NCBI RefSeq assembly: GCF_000186885.1
Contig: NC_014972.1
Coordinates: 1,110,001 to 1,142,000, forward strand
Reading direction: 5' to 3'
DNA: 32,000 nucleotides
From: Desulfobulbus propionicus DSM 2032
GTDB lineage: Bacteria; Desulfobacterota; Desulfobulbia; Desulfobulbales; Desulfobulbaceae
Each line of letters opens with the position of its first letter. The first letter of the stretch is position 1. The notes beneath the pieces were generated by a model. That model ran no database searches, had not been told where the DNA came from, and was given only the letters and a program-made list of their open reading frames with translations. The position numbers and the translations under genes were made by a program. This document shows positions 10,412 to 19,678 of this stretch, one piece after another.

Positions 10412-10678
10412 ATGAAACTTTTCATCGGCAGTCTTCCATATAATATAACCGAATCCGAGCTTTCCGAATTGTGCGCTCCGTTTGGCGACGTGGTCAGCGC
10501 CAAGTTGATTCTTGACCAGTTCACGGGGCAATCCAAGGGTTTTGGTTTTGTCGAGATGGCCAATCGCTCGCAGGGGCACAAGGTTATGGACGGTTTGAAC
10601 GGCAAGGAATACAACCACCGCACCCTGGTGTGCAACGAAGCAAAACCACCGGCCAAGAAGGGCCAGAGGCGTCGATAA
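10412..10678 (+). CDS. RNA-binding protein with a single RRM
   Basis: 88 aa: MKLFIGSLPYNITESELSELCAPFGDVVSAKLILDQFTGQSKGFGFVEM (RNP2 and RNP1). Confidence 0.93.
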   Translation: MKLFIGSLPYNITESELSELCAPFGDVVSAKLILDQFTGQSKGFGFVEMANRSQGHKVMDGLNGKEYNHRTLVCNEAKPPAKKGQRRR

Positions 10679-10924
10679 GGCATCAACCCGTCCGGCCCCC
10701 TCGCATATCACGTGCCACGCAGCAGCCTCTCCCCATCGGCGTTCCTTTTCGAGCCATTTGTTGATCGTTGTCTGCCGCACTTTTTTCCCGCAGTTCCACC
10801 CCGTATCGGCCGGAATTGCACCCACCCTTTTCGCAATCCACTCCCCCAGGCCGTCATGGATCCGCGCTCGCTCTTGCGTGCCGCGCGCCAAGCAAGGCGG
10901 GGCTGGTCGATTGCAGGAGCATGA

Positions 10925-12211
10925 ATGAGTTTTACCGATTTTCATTTCAACGAACACATTACCCACGCCATTTCGCACTGCGGTTTCACCGCGCCAACCC
11001 CCATTCAGCAACAGGCTATTCCTTCGGTTCTTGAACGTCGTGATCTTCTTGGCCTGGCCCAGACAGGCACCGGCAAGACCGCTGCCTTTATTTTGCCGAC
11101 CGTGCAGCATCTCATGCGGACCCAGGCCCATCATGTCCGGGCTCTGATCATTGCCCCGACCAGGGAGCTGGCCGAGCAGATCAATGATTTTACCCGGGCG
11201 ATCATTCGCAACACCCGTCTAAAAAGTATTGCCGTGTACGGCGGGGTCAGCAAGCAGGCACAGATCACCAAGCTGCGCGGCGGCGTCGACATCGTGGTCG
11301 CCTGTCCGGGCCGTTTGCTCGACCTGCTCAACGACAAGGCGGTGGACCTGAGCCGGGTCGACACCTTGATTCTGGACGAGGCCGACCACATGTTCGACAA
11401 GGGCTTTTTGCCCGATATCCGCCGCATTTTGCGCCGGTTGCCCGCTGAGCGGCAATCGTTGGTTTTTTCGGCCACCATGCCCGACGAGATTCGGCATCTG
11501 GCCGAGGACATCCTCACCGATCCGGTGACCGTGCAGATTAATCCGACCCGTTCGGTGCAGTCCATTTCCCATCGGCTCTACGCGGTCGAGCAGGAGCAAA
11601 AGACCGACCTGCTCCTGCAGCTGCTCAAGGATGAGGCCATGGCCACCACCCTGATTTTCACCCGCACCAAGCACAAAGCCAAGAATCTGGCCCAGAAATT
11701 GGCTCAATCGGGCTTCAAGGCCACCTCGCTCCAGGGCAACCTGTCGCAGAACAGACGCCAGCAGGCGTTGGATGGATTCAAGACCGGTGCGTTCACCATC
11801 CTGGTGGCCACCGACATTGCCGCCCGTGGTATCGATGTCAATGGCATTTCGCATGTGATCAACTATGACATGCCCGATACCGCCGAGGCCTATATTCATC
11901 GAACCGGCCGCACCGGCAGGGCCGCCCGCACCGGCGAGGCCCTGACCTTTGCCACCCGCGAGGACAGCCGCATGATCCGCTTGATCGAACGGTCCATTGA
12001 CGGGCGGATGAATCATGGGGACGTGGCCGAGCTGCCCGCGGTTCGCTCCGCAGTGCCTTCGGTCCGGTCCCACGCCGGCAAGCCTGCCGGCAAAAAAATA
12101 TCCGTGACCAAATCGCGTCCGGAGGCAAAGGGGGAATCAGCCCCCAAGGCTTCCCCGCGCAAGCGGTCCACGGCATCCAGTGTTTTCGGCCTTTCGGGCC
12201 GGTCAAAATGA
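10925..12211 (+). CDS. DEAD-box ATP-dependent RNA helicase, RhlE-like
   Basis: Q motif TPIQQQAI, AQTGTGKT, PTRELAEQI, DEADHMFD, SAT, HRTGRTGR. Confidence 0.95.
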   Translation: MSFTDFHFNEHITHAISHCGFTAPTPIQQQAIPSVLERRDLLGLAQTGTGKTAAFILPTVQHLMRTQAHHVRALIIAPTRELAEQINDFTRAIIRNTRLKSIAVYGGVSKQAQITKLRGGVDIVVACPGRLLDLLNDKAVDLSRVDTLILDEADHMFDKGFLPDIRRILRRLPAERQSLVFSATMPDEIRHLAEDILTDPVTVQINPTRSVQSISHRLYAVEQEQKTDLLLQLLKDEAMATTLIFTRTKHKAKNLAQKLAQSGFKATSLQGNLSQNRRQQALDGFKTGAFTILVATDIAARGIDVNGISHVINYDMPDTAEAYIHRTGRTGRAARTGEALTFATREDSRMIRLIERSIDGRMNHGDVAELPAVRSAVPSVRSHAGKPAGKKISVTKSRPEAKGESAPKASPRKRSTASSVFGLSGRSK

Positions 12212-12332
12212 GACTGGATGACACCAGAACGCTGCCCTGTCTGCGGATCGGGCGGCGGAGTACCCATGGTCCCGCAGCGGGGCCAACCACCAAACCGTGC
12301 GCCCCGCGCACAACCAAAGAGGAGTAGTGACA

Positions 12333-12536
12333 ATGGCTGAAGGAACTGTAAAATGGTTTAATGATTCTAAGGGTTTTGGCTTTATCGCCCAGGATGGCGG
12401 CAAGGACGTGTTCGTCCATCATTCCGCAATCCAGGCTGACGGGTTCAAATCACTCCAAGAGGGGGAACGCGTGAGCTTCAATGTGGTCGATGGTGCCAAA
12501 GGCCCGGCAGCCGCCAATGTGATCAAAAAGCGATAA
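12333..12536 (+). CDS. Cold-shock protein (CspA family)
   Basis: [67 protein letters not shown]; GGAG upstream. Confidence 0.97.
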   Translation: MAEGTVKWFNDSKGFGFIAQDGGKDVFVHHSAIQADGFKSLQEGERVSFNVVDGAKGPAAANVIKKR

Positions 12537-12554
12537 TCAGCTTGATGGTATAGA

Positions 12555-12577
12555 GAACCCCGCCCCTGGCGGGGTTC
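12555..12577 (+). terminator. Rho-independent-like terminator after the csp gene
   Basis: GAACCCCG-CCCCTGG-CGGGGTTC, followed by GTTGTTG (T-rich but not a clean poly-T). Confidence 0.65.
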
Positions 12578-12627
12578 GTTGTTGTGGGCATTGCCCGTGA
12601 TCAGCCACAGAGGGAGGAGGGATTGCT

Positions 12628-12777
12628 GTGAACAAACGCACCAACTACAAGCAGGAAAAGCGGATGAAGGAATTGGAAAAACAAAAAAAGAAGGAAGCAA
12701 AAAAAGAGCGGAAACTCAATAAGGAAAGAATGGAAACCGACGGCGGGGAAATCGCTGGTCAGGAAGAAATGGCGTAA
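12628..12777 (+). CDS. Small Lys/Glu-rich protein, 49 aa, GTG start
   Basis: AGGGAGGAGGGATTGCTGTG: SD then GTG. Translation MNKRTNYKQEKRMKELEKQKKKEAKKERKLNKERMETDGGEIAGQEEMA. Not in the supplied ORF track. Confidence 0.65.
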   Translation: MNKRTNYKQEKRMKELEKQKKKEAKKERKLNKERMETDGGEIAGQEEMA

Positions 12778-12833
12778 CCGCCATAAGATAGGCCTGTTTT
12801 TCCCCGTTCCGTTCCCCCTCGTTTCCGCTTCCT

Positions 12834-13841
12834 TCAACCAGGCCACTGTTTCAGGGCCTGGCGCACATCTGTCAGTATTTCCTCCACCGATTCATAAAAA
12901 ACATCCGCTCCCGTGGAAAAGTGCAGCAGGATGTTGTTGAGCGAATCCGGGATGTAGGGAAACAGTTTCTGCAAATTGACCACCCGATTCTGCGACAGAA
13001 GGGAGAAATCGGCAGGGCCAAGCGAGCGCAGCACCGCGTTGCCCATCGTCGGATCGGCCATGATTTCCCGCGGATGATAGTCGCCCCGGGCGGTGAGATA
13101 GATCAGAATGTTGCCCAGCTCAAAGAGATCCAGGGCAAAGGGCTTCTCCGGCAGGTAGAAGTCGTAGTCAAAATCAATCCAGTAATAGAGACCGGTATCA
13201 CGGTCGACAAAGATGTGATCCCTGCGGATGTCGCCATGGCGAAAACCATGGCGGTGAAGAAATCCGATCCCTTCCAGGCAACCAAGAAATTGGTTGAATA
13301 TCCTTGGTAATTCATTGAAGAAATAATCCCGGTGGCTGCTGTCGCTGTGGATGATTTTGTCCAGCCGGTTGCCGCTGACCGGCACCAGCACCCGCACCAG
13401 GTTGCCCGCTGCATCCACCAGGGTCTCGCCCTGCATGAAGTGCGGACGTCCCTGGACCAATTCGAGGATACGCGCCTCCTTGTCGGGGCTGCGGTAGCAG
13501 GTGACCGAGAACTGTCCCAGCCGCATGTCAAAGGTTTCCCGGAATTCCAGTTTGAGGATGTAGTTGGTCATCGTGACCAGATCCACCGCCTTGGGCACCC
13601 AGGGCTTGATCTGCTCGTCCACCCCGAAACGCCCCTCCTTGGTGTAGGAGGTGACGAGAAAGAAGCGGTCTTCCACGGCGATCACGTCGCCGTAATCGAT
13701 CGAGGTGAAGTCGGTGGTGTCGGTATACACCCGCGACGGCCGGCGCATGCTGCGGGTGACCCGGTGCTCGCGAAGATTGCGAGCCACCTCCTCGGGAAGA
13801 CCGGCGATGGTGGTATGGGGCGCCATCAGCCAATCACCCAT
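12834..13841 (-). CDS. Protein-kinase-fold (aminoglycoside-phosphotransferase/RIO-like) protein
   Basis: GFLHRHGFRHGDIRRDHIFVDRDTGLYYWIDFDYDF matches a catalytic loop plus metal-binding Asp. Start may be 13841 or 13823. Confidence 0.7.
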   Translation of the reverse strand: MGDWLMAPHTTIAGLPEEVARNLREHRVTRSMRRPSRVYTDTTDFTSIDYGDVIAVEDRFFLVTSYTKEGRFGVDEQIKPWVPKAVDLVTMTNYILKLEFRETFDMRLGQFSVTCYRSPDKEARILELVQGRPHFMQGETLVDAAGNLVRVLVPVSGNRLDKIIHSDSSHRDYFFNELPRIFNQFLGCLEGIGFLHRHGFRHGDIRRDHIFVDRDTGLYYWIDFDYDFYLPEKPFALDLFELGNILIYLTARGDYHPREIMADPTMGNAVLRSLGPADFSLLSQNRVVNLQKLFPYIPDSLNNILLHFSTGADVFYESVEEILTDVRQALKQWPG

Positions 13842-14281
13842 ACCGCGATATCGCGGCCATTATGGATCAAGGCATTGGAAATCGAGCCGAAGAGAAATTC
13901 CTCGGCCTTGGAGATGCCCCGTTTGCCGACCACGATCGTGCCGTAATCCTCCTTGGTTTGCAGATCGAGAATGGCGGCGCTGATTGACTGCTGGCCGGCA
14001 ATCTGGCAGCGGGAGGTGATCGCGTGGGGAGCGACGCCGTGGTTCTGGAGAATCTTTTTCGCCTGGGCAAACAGCATCCGCGCCCGCTCTTCCTGTTCCG
14101 AGACGTAGTCGTCCAGGGTGGCCCCTGATTGGTAATAGTCGGGTGGCGGTTCGGGGTAGACATGCAGCAGGCAAAGATGGACATCGGCGAGGTGGCCGGC
14201 GATGCTGCCGACATAGTCAACGGCATTGATGGATCGGGGGGAATCGTCGATGGCGATGATGATCCGTTTCCAGTCACTCAT
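13826..14281 (-). CDS. Universal stress protein (UspA family)
   Basis: MSDWKRIIIAIDDSPRSINAVDYVGSIAG... TIVVGKRGISKAEEFLFGSISNALIHNGRDIAVWVIG. Confidence 0.93.
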   Translation of the reverse strand: MSDWKRIIIAIDDSPRSINAVDYVGSIAGHLADVHLCLLHVYPEPPPDYYQSGATLDDYVSEQEERARMLFAQAKKILQNHGVAPHAITSRCQIAGQQSISAAILDLQTKEDYGTIVVGKRGISKAEEFLFGSISNALIHNGRDIAVWVIG

Positions 14282-14407
14282 GGAGAACCTCCCTAATGAA
14301 CAGTGGAAAAGGTGCGCGCCCCAAGTCGAACGGTGCTGGCCTTCGGCTGACCAAACAATGCGTTCCCCCTGTGGGCGGACAACGATGTTTAGCGGCAGGT
14401 CGGTGTG

Positions 14408-14893
14408 TTACGCCTCGACTTGGCCGGCCGCATGGACAAAAAACAGCCGCCAGGCGTCGGTGGCGTTGAGAATGACCGCGCCAATGGTCTTGCCGCCCCA
14501 GCCGGTGTGCTGCCAGCACGGGCGAATCTGGAGCACGGGCAGACCGGGATTGTCGCTGGAATAGACCGTCAGCCGGTTGGCGCTGTGGTACAGTTGCTCG
14601 GGCAGGTCGCACAGGCAGAGCCCCGCAGGTGAAATGTTGCCGATCCGCGCGGTGGCGAACAGACAGCCGTCGGTCACATGCACCGTGGTGTTTTTCAATG
14701 GGATGCGGGGATGACGCCGTTTGTCCGCTCCGGACGGAAAAGTATCGGCGCGATGGGCGTGGGGCTGGGCGGTTGGCGCCAGCAGCAACCCGGCAGACAC
14801 GGACCAGAATCGACGCACAACTCGCCACAACCGCCGCGAAAGCGGCTGGGATGCCGGGGGCTGCGATGGATGCGGTTTTGGAGTTGCGGTCAT
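14408..14893 (-). CDS. PilZ-domain-like protein
   Basis: DKRRHPRIPLKNTTVHVTDGCLFATARIGNISPAGLCL: RRxxR and NxSxxG signatures. Confidence 0.72.
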   Translation of the reverse strand: MTATPKPHPSQPPASQPLSRRLWRVVRRFWSVSAGLLLAPTAQPHAHRADTFPSGADKRRHPRIPLKNTTVHVTDGCLFATARIGNISPAGLCLCDLPEQLYHSANRLTVYSSDNPGLPVLQIRPCWQHTGWGGKTIGAVILNATDAWRLFFVHAAGQVEA

Positions 14894-15168
14894 GCCACCT
14901 GGATACGATAGGGGTGCGGGTGGTGGGTTTCTTGTCCAACCCTCTATTGTCTTTTATTATTATAAAGGCAGGGATCGTGAACGCAAAGAAAAGAAACAGC
15001 CGGAGAACGAACGAGCCGACGGATGAAGGAAAAATGGGCGTGGGTCGAAACTATTGTCTGGACGATCAGAGGCGCAGACTGGTACCTTGACCGGCTGGAT
15101 CGTCCTCCCTGTTCCGACATGAATGAACGTGCATACATCTCTGGTGCAACCTCGCAAAGGAGTATCCC

Positions 15169-15714
15169 ATGGCCCAAGGATTGCTTATTATTGACATGCA
15201 AAATGACTATTTCCGTGGAGGTGCCATGGAATTGGTCAACATTGACGAGGCAGCTGGAAAGTGTGCCCGGGTGTTGCGCTGTTTCAGAGAAAAAGGCGCG
15301 CCTGTTTTTCATGTTCAACATATCGCGACACGACCAGGCGCCACCTTTTTTCTGCCCCATACACCCGGCTGCGCAATCCATGAAAGCGTGCGGCCCCTTC
15401 CCGGCGAACCCGTGATCGTCAAACATTTTCCCAATTCCTTTCGGGAAACCGGGCTGAAACAACTGCTCGACGCCGCCGGGGTCGATGAAGTCGTCATCTG
15501 TGGAGCGATGACCCACCTGTGCATTGACACCACGGTAAGGGCTGCCTTTGACCTGGGGTTGCAGTGCGTCGTCGTTGCCGATGGATGCGCGACAAAAGAT
15601 TTGACCTTCAAAGGGCATAAGGTCAGCGCCCACGATGTCCAGCTTTCTTTTCTGGCCGCGCTCGGCACGCCTTTCGCTGCGATACGGTCCGCCGAGGAAT
15701 GCATCGCCGCATGA
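15169..15714 (+). CDS. Isochorismatase-family cysteine hydrolase
   Basis: GLLIIDMQNDYF..., GVDEVVICGAMTHLCIDTTVRAAFDLGLQCVVVADGC. Confidence 0.93.
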   Translation: MAQGLLIIDMQNDYFRGGAMELVNIDEAAGKCARVLRCFREKGAPVFHVQHIATRPGATFFLPHTPGCAIHESVRPLPGEPVIVKHFPNSFRETGLKQLLDAAGVDEVVICGAMTHLCIDTTVRAAFDLGLQCVVVADGCATKDLTFKGHKVSAHDVQLSFLAALGTPFAAIRSAEECIAA

Positions 15715-15824
15715 ACAGGGAGCAGGAGGGCCTTGCGCGCGGCCGGTTTCACGGAAGGTGCCCCGATGGACCGTCCACTCCCGTCTGACCGAGGAGCGTC
15801 GAACATTTTCACAAGCAGGAGCAC

Positions 15825-16385
15825 ATGCACACCGAAGGGACCTTGACCAAATGGAATAGTGAGCGCGGATTCGGCTTGATTACCCCCCGGCGCGGCGGGC
15901 AGGACATCGCTGTCCAAGCCGCCGATTTTCCCCAGGACGGCTGTCCGCCGCAACTCAATGAGCGGCTGTCTTTTAGCATCGAAACGGACGCGGGCGGCAA
16001 GCGCTGGGCCAAGAATGTGGCGCGCGCGGGAGCGGGGAAAGGAAAACCGACAGCCGACCAAAGCGGCCGGCGTTCTTCCCGCCGCAGTCAGCTGGCCACC
16101 CTGCTGGCCCCCTTGGCGCTGCTGCTCGCCATCGGCGCCTATGGATACATCGGGCTTTATGAACCCTCAGCCCCGGATGGCGGCGGAAAATCCGCCAGCA
16201 CCGGCGACAGCGCAACCCAGGCCGTCACAGCGCGTTTTTTCTGCGATGGCCGAACCTCCTGCGACCAGATGACCAGCTGCGAGGAGGCCACCTTTTTTCT
16301 GCGCCATTGTCCCGGCGTGACCATGGATGACGATCAGGATGGGGTGCCGTGCGAAGAGCAATGGTGTGTCGGAGTTTCCCGGTGA
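15825..16385 (+). CDS. Cold-shock-domain / TM / excalibur-domain fusion protein
   Basis: N-terminal HTEGTLTKWNSERGFGLITPRRGGQDIAVQAADF, hydrophobic LATLLAPLALLLAIGAYGYIGL, C-terminal CDGRTSCDQMTSCEEATFFLRHCPGVTMDDDQDGVPCEEQWC. Confidence 0.85.
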   Translation: MHTEGTLTKWNSERGFGLITPRRGGQDIAVQAADFPQDGCPPQLNERLSFSIETDAGGKRWAKNVARAGAGKGKPTADQSGRRSSRRSQLATLLAPLALLLAIGAYGYIGLYEPSAPDGGGKSASTGDSATQAVTARFFCDGRTSCDQMTSCEEATFFLRHCPGVTMDDDQDGVPCEEQWCVGVSR

Positions 16386-16425
16386 ACCGGCCATCCAAGG
16401 AAAAAAACGCCGTTCCGGCGGGTTC

Positions 16426-17034
16426 ATGAAGCAAGACGAAACGATGCGCAGGCGATGCGGCTGGTGCGGCAGCGATCCCCTGTACATCGCCTACCACGAT
16501 GAGGAATGGGGCGTCCCGGTTCATGAGGACCGCCGTCTGTTTGAGTTTCTCCTCCTGGAGGGGGCACAGGCGGGGCTCAGTTGGCTGACCATCTTGAAAA
16601 AGCGGGAGAATTACCGGAAGGCCTTTGACGGTTTTGACTGCGAGCGCGTCGCCAGCTACACGCAGGATGATGTAGCCCGCCTGCTCGCCGATCCCGGCAT
16701 TGTCCGCAATCGCCTCAAGATCGAATCGGCGATCAAGAACGCCCGGGGCGTGCTGGCCATTCGCGAGGAGCACGGCTCCCTCGATGCCTTTCTCTGGCGT
16801 TTCGTGGACGGCATGCCCGTGCGCAATGGGTGGACCAGTTTGGAGCAGGTGCCGGCCCGATCAGCGCTGTCGGACCGGCTGAGCAAGGAGCTGCAACGTC
16901 GCGGCTGCAACTTCGTGGGTTCCACCATCTGTTATGCCTTCATGCAGACGGTCGGCATGGTCAACGACCATCTCGTCGACTGCTTTCGTTACCGGGAGGT
17001 CGGCGACATGCTGCCCGCCTCCCGCCTCCTCTGA
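16426..17034 (+). CDS. tag: DNA-3-methyladenine glycosylase I
   Basis: RCGWCGSDPLYIAYHDEEWGVPVHEDRRLFEFLLLEGAQAGLSWLTILKKRENYRKAF... CYAFMQTVGMVNDHLVDCFR. Confidence 0.95.
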   Translation: MKQDETMRRRCGWCGSDPLYIAYHDEEWGVPVHEDRRLFEFLLLEGAQAGLSWLTILKKRENYRKAFDGFDCERVASYTQDDVARLLADPGIVRNRLKIESAIKNARGVLAIREEHGSLDAFLWRFVDGMPVRNGWTSLEQVPARSALSDRLSKELQRRGCNFVGSTICYAFMQTVGMVNDHLVDCFRYREVGDMLPASRLL

Positions 17035-17078
17035 GCGGGCAAAGCGCGCTCGATCCTTCGACGACAACGGCACGCGGG

Positions 17079-19349
17079 CTAGCGCGACGGGCCGACCGCC
17101 CAGGAGAGTAGCCGTTCCTTTTTGTCGGCATTCAACTGGTGCAGGCCTGTGCATGCGGGGTCGTCAAGGCGTGTGGTCAGGGCCGCTCCCAATCCTTGCC
17201 GTGACGAGTCCTCCTTCTGATTGGCGATCTGCTGGATGATCCCCCAGGCGACGTGGGGCGAGGCGCAGGCAAGCGCGCTGAGGGCGGCCAGGGTGTGCCG
17301 TCGGAACAGTTCGAGTTCTTCGGGATTTTGCGGATTGGAACGCCGTTCGCAAACAAGGTGGTCAGACTGGCTCAGGCAGGAGCGCAGCTGTGGGCGCGGC
17401 GACTCAGGGGGCGCGTTCAGTCTGTGGATAACGAGCTGGACATGGGCTTTGTCCGGAATCCATCTCCGCGCCTCGACAGTCAGCGCATCCCGCATTTCCG
17501 CCGCGAGAGGATCCCAGGTCACGCCCCTGGCGTCGACCAGTTCCTCCTCCCTGCCATCGATGTTCGCTCCCTGCAGTTGGGCCTTACTGAGATTCGCCGC
17601 CCGGAGAAGGGCGCCGCGCAGATCCGCGCCGCGAAGATCAGCCTCCTGCAGGTCCGCCCCCCGGAGATCGGCGCCGCGCAAGTCCGCCCCTTGTAGTTGG
17701 GCCTTTGTCAAGATCGCTCCCTGGAGACAGGTGCTCGCCAGGTTCGCCCCCAGCAGGTGGGCGCCCCGGAGGTCCGCGCCCTGCAGTCTGGCGTCATGTA
17801 TATCTGCAAAGTCCAGGCGGCTATCCCCCAGGTAGGCACTCTGCAGGTCGGTGTTCTCCAGGCTGACGTTCTGAAGATCGGTGGTGTCAAAAACCGCATT
17901 GTGCAGGGAGGCGTTGTAGAATCGTGCCCCCTGCAGATGAGCCCCCTTCAGGTAGGCCCACTGGATATCGGCTTCCCGCAGGCTCGCGCCAATGAGGATG
18001 GCCTTGTGCAGGTTGGCATGTCGTAACTTTCGGCCATTGAGATTCAATGGCTCGGTCTGTTGCAATGCCTTCTCGCCCGCACCGGAATGGACATGCTGCA
18101 GTGCTTCAGGGCTTGCCGGTTTGGCCAGCAGGACCTGTTCCGTCAGGTTCAGCCGCCGCCGCTCGGTCAGGTAACGGGAGAGTGTGGTTGAACCGTGCGG
18201 AATTCCCTGGATGTGCAGCAGGATCTGTTCGATCCGCTCGCCCTCGACATGCAGGGTCAGCGGCAGCAGCGGGCCGAGGGAGAGGGTCAACAACAGCGCC
18301 AGGCTGCCGCGCGGAGATCGCGGATGCCAGAACATCGCCAACGGCACCAGCAGCCAAGGCACGGCGAAAAGGGCCGCCGTGGTCCACTCGTTCGTGTGCA
18401 AGCCAAAACTTGCCGTGATCAGGGCGATCACCACCAGGAACAGGACGGTGAAATGCAGCCGGCGAAGCGGGGAAACACGCTGCCAGCCGGAGAGCAGAAT
18501 CAGCAGCGCTGGCGACAGCAGGACCAAGCCATACCCGAGGACAAAGAATCCTGTTTGCATCAGGGGATGCGATTGTTGAGCCGTGGCACTGAACGAGAAC
18601 AGCGCCTGGCCGACAACGAGCAGCGCAAAGGCGATCCATATCCGTCGCTGTGGCACAAGCACCGTCAGGAGGTCGTGCCAGTAGCCCCGCCAGTCATCCC
18701 GGGGGTGGAGGATAATGGGCCAGAGAATGGTGACCACCACGATATCGATCCAGACGGCGACTCGCTGCAGCCAGGTGACCGGTTCGCTCTGATAGGCGAG
18801 AAACCAGAACTGGAGGGCGAGGAGGGTGACGAACGGCAACACCAGCATGGTGATCGACACCATCAGTCCAATGAGTCGCCGCATCAGGGTACTCAGGTTG
18901 CCGACGAGAAAATAGGTGTAGGGGAAAATGTGCAGCCGGTCGCGCAGCCCGCCAAAACGTTCCTCCTGCGGGGTGGCGGCGTCGAAGGCGAACAGCTCGC
19001 GCGACAACAGTTGCAGGTGCAGCAGCAGGTTGAAGTGGACCAGCACCACGAGAAAGGGGGCAATGGCGTAAAAACCGACGAGCGGCACGTCCACGTTGAT
19101 CACCGGCAGCTTGACCCCCCGGCCTGTCAACAGGTCGGTGTCGGTGGTGCCGAAGACGATGACCAGGACGTAGACGCAGACCGCCATGAAGGCCATGTGC
19201 TGCCCGGCCACCCGCTCGGATGCGCTGTTGGCCGAGGCAAGCAGGGCCTGGGCGTTCTGCTGTTGCGAAGCCTTCCGGGCTTGGTCCTGACCGCCCGCTT
19301 GCGCCGTCCTGATGCGTCGCCGCTTGATGGGGTGAAAGATCATGGGCAT
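17079..19349 (-). CDS. Membrane protein with C-terminal pentapeptide repeats
   Basis: Several TM segments, then ADLRGAHLLGANLASTCLQGAILTKAQLQGADLRGADLRGADLQEADLRGADLRGALL. Start estimated (19349 or 19343). Confidence 0.85.
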   Translation of the reverse strand: MPMIFHPIKRRRIRTAQAGGQDQARKASQQQNAQALLASANSASERVAGQHMAFMAVCVYVLVIVFGTTDTDLLTGRGVKLPVINVDVPLVGFYAIAPFLVVLVHFNLLLHLQLLSRELFAFDAATPQEERFGGLRDRLHIFPYTYFLVGNLSTLMRRLIGLMVSITMLVLPFVTLLALQFWFLAYQSEPVTWLQRVAVWIDIVVVTILWPIILHPRDDWRGYWHDLLTVLVPQRRIWIAFALLVVGQALFSFSATAQQSHPLMQTGFFVLGYGLVLLSPALLILLSGWQRVSPLRRLHFTVLFLVVIALITASFGLHTNEWTTAALFAVPWLLVPLAMFWHPRSPRGSLALLLTLSLGPLLPLTLHVEGERIEQILLHIQGIPHGSTTLSRYLTERRRLNLTEQVLLAKPASPEALQHVHSGAGEKALQQTEPLNLNGRKLRHANLHKAILIGASLREADIQWAYLKGAHLQGARFYNASLHNAVFDTTDLQNVSLENTDLQSAYLGDSRLDFADIHDARLQGADLRGAHLLGANLASTCLQGAILTKAQLQGADLRGADLRGADLQEADLRGADLRGALLRAANLSKAQLQGANIDGREEELVDARGVTWDPLAAEMRDALTVEARRWIPDKAHVQLVIHRLNAPPESPRPQLRSCLSQSDHLVCERRSNPQNPEELELFRRHTLAALSALACASPHVAWGIIQQIANQKEDSSRQGLGAALTTRLDDPACTGLHQLNADKKERLLSWAVGPSR

Positions 19350-19678
19350 GCCTCCTGCGGTCGTGTCCGATGGTGTTGCGATGCCGGCGAACAATCGTGC
19401 CCGTATGTTGAACGAAATCGGGCGTGAACACAACACAAAACACGGTCGGGTCGAAAAGGGGAATTGCCGGCCGGCCAGCCACCGTGAACGTGGACTGCGG
19501 ATGTGAACAAGACACGCATGGGGGCGGGAACCCCTTTTTCAACCACATCGGGAACTTGCTGTTGCCGGTTGAGGAAGTTGTGGTGTATGGAAACGATGGT
19601 TCCGTTGTCCGGGGATCATTCCCGCCCACCACTACATACCTTCTCATTGATTGAGAATTGGAGCGCCAGCGTTTTACC

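Noticed and set aside
17500-18050. Tandem repetitive DNA
   Set aside because: The periodicity comes from the coding of pentapeptide repeats, not an independent DNA repeat.
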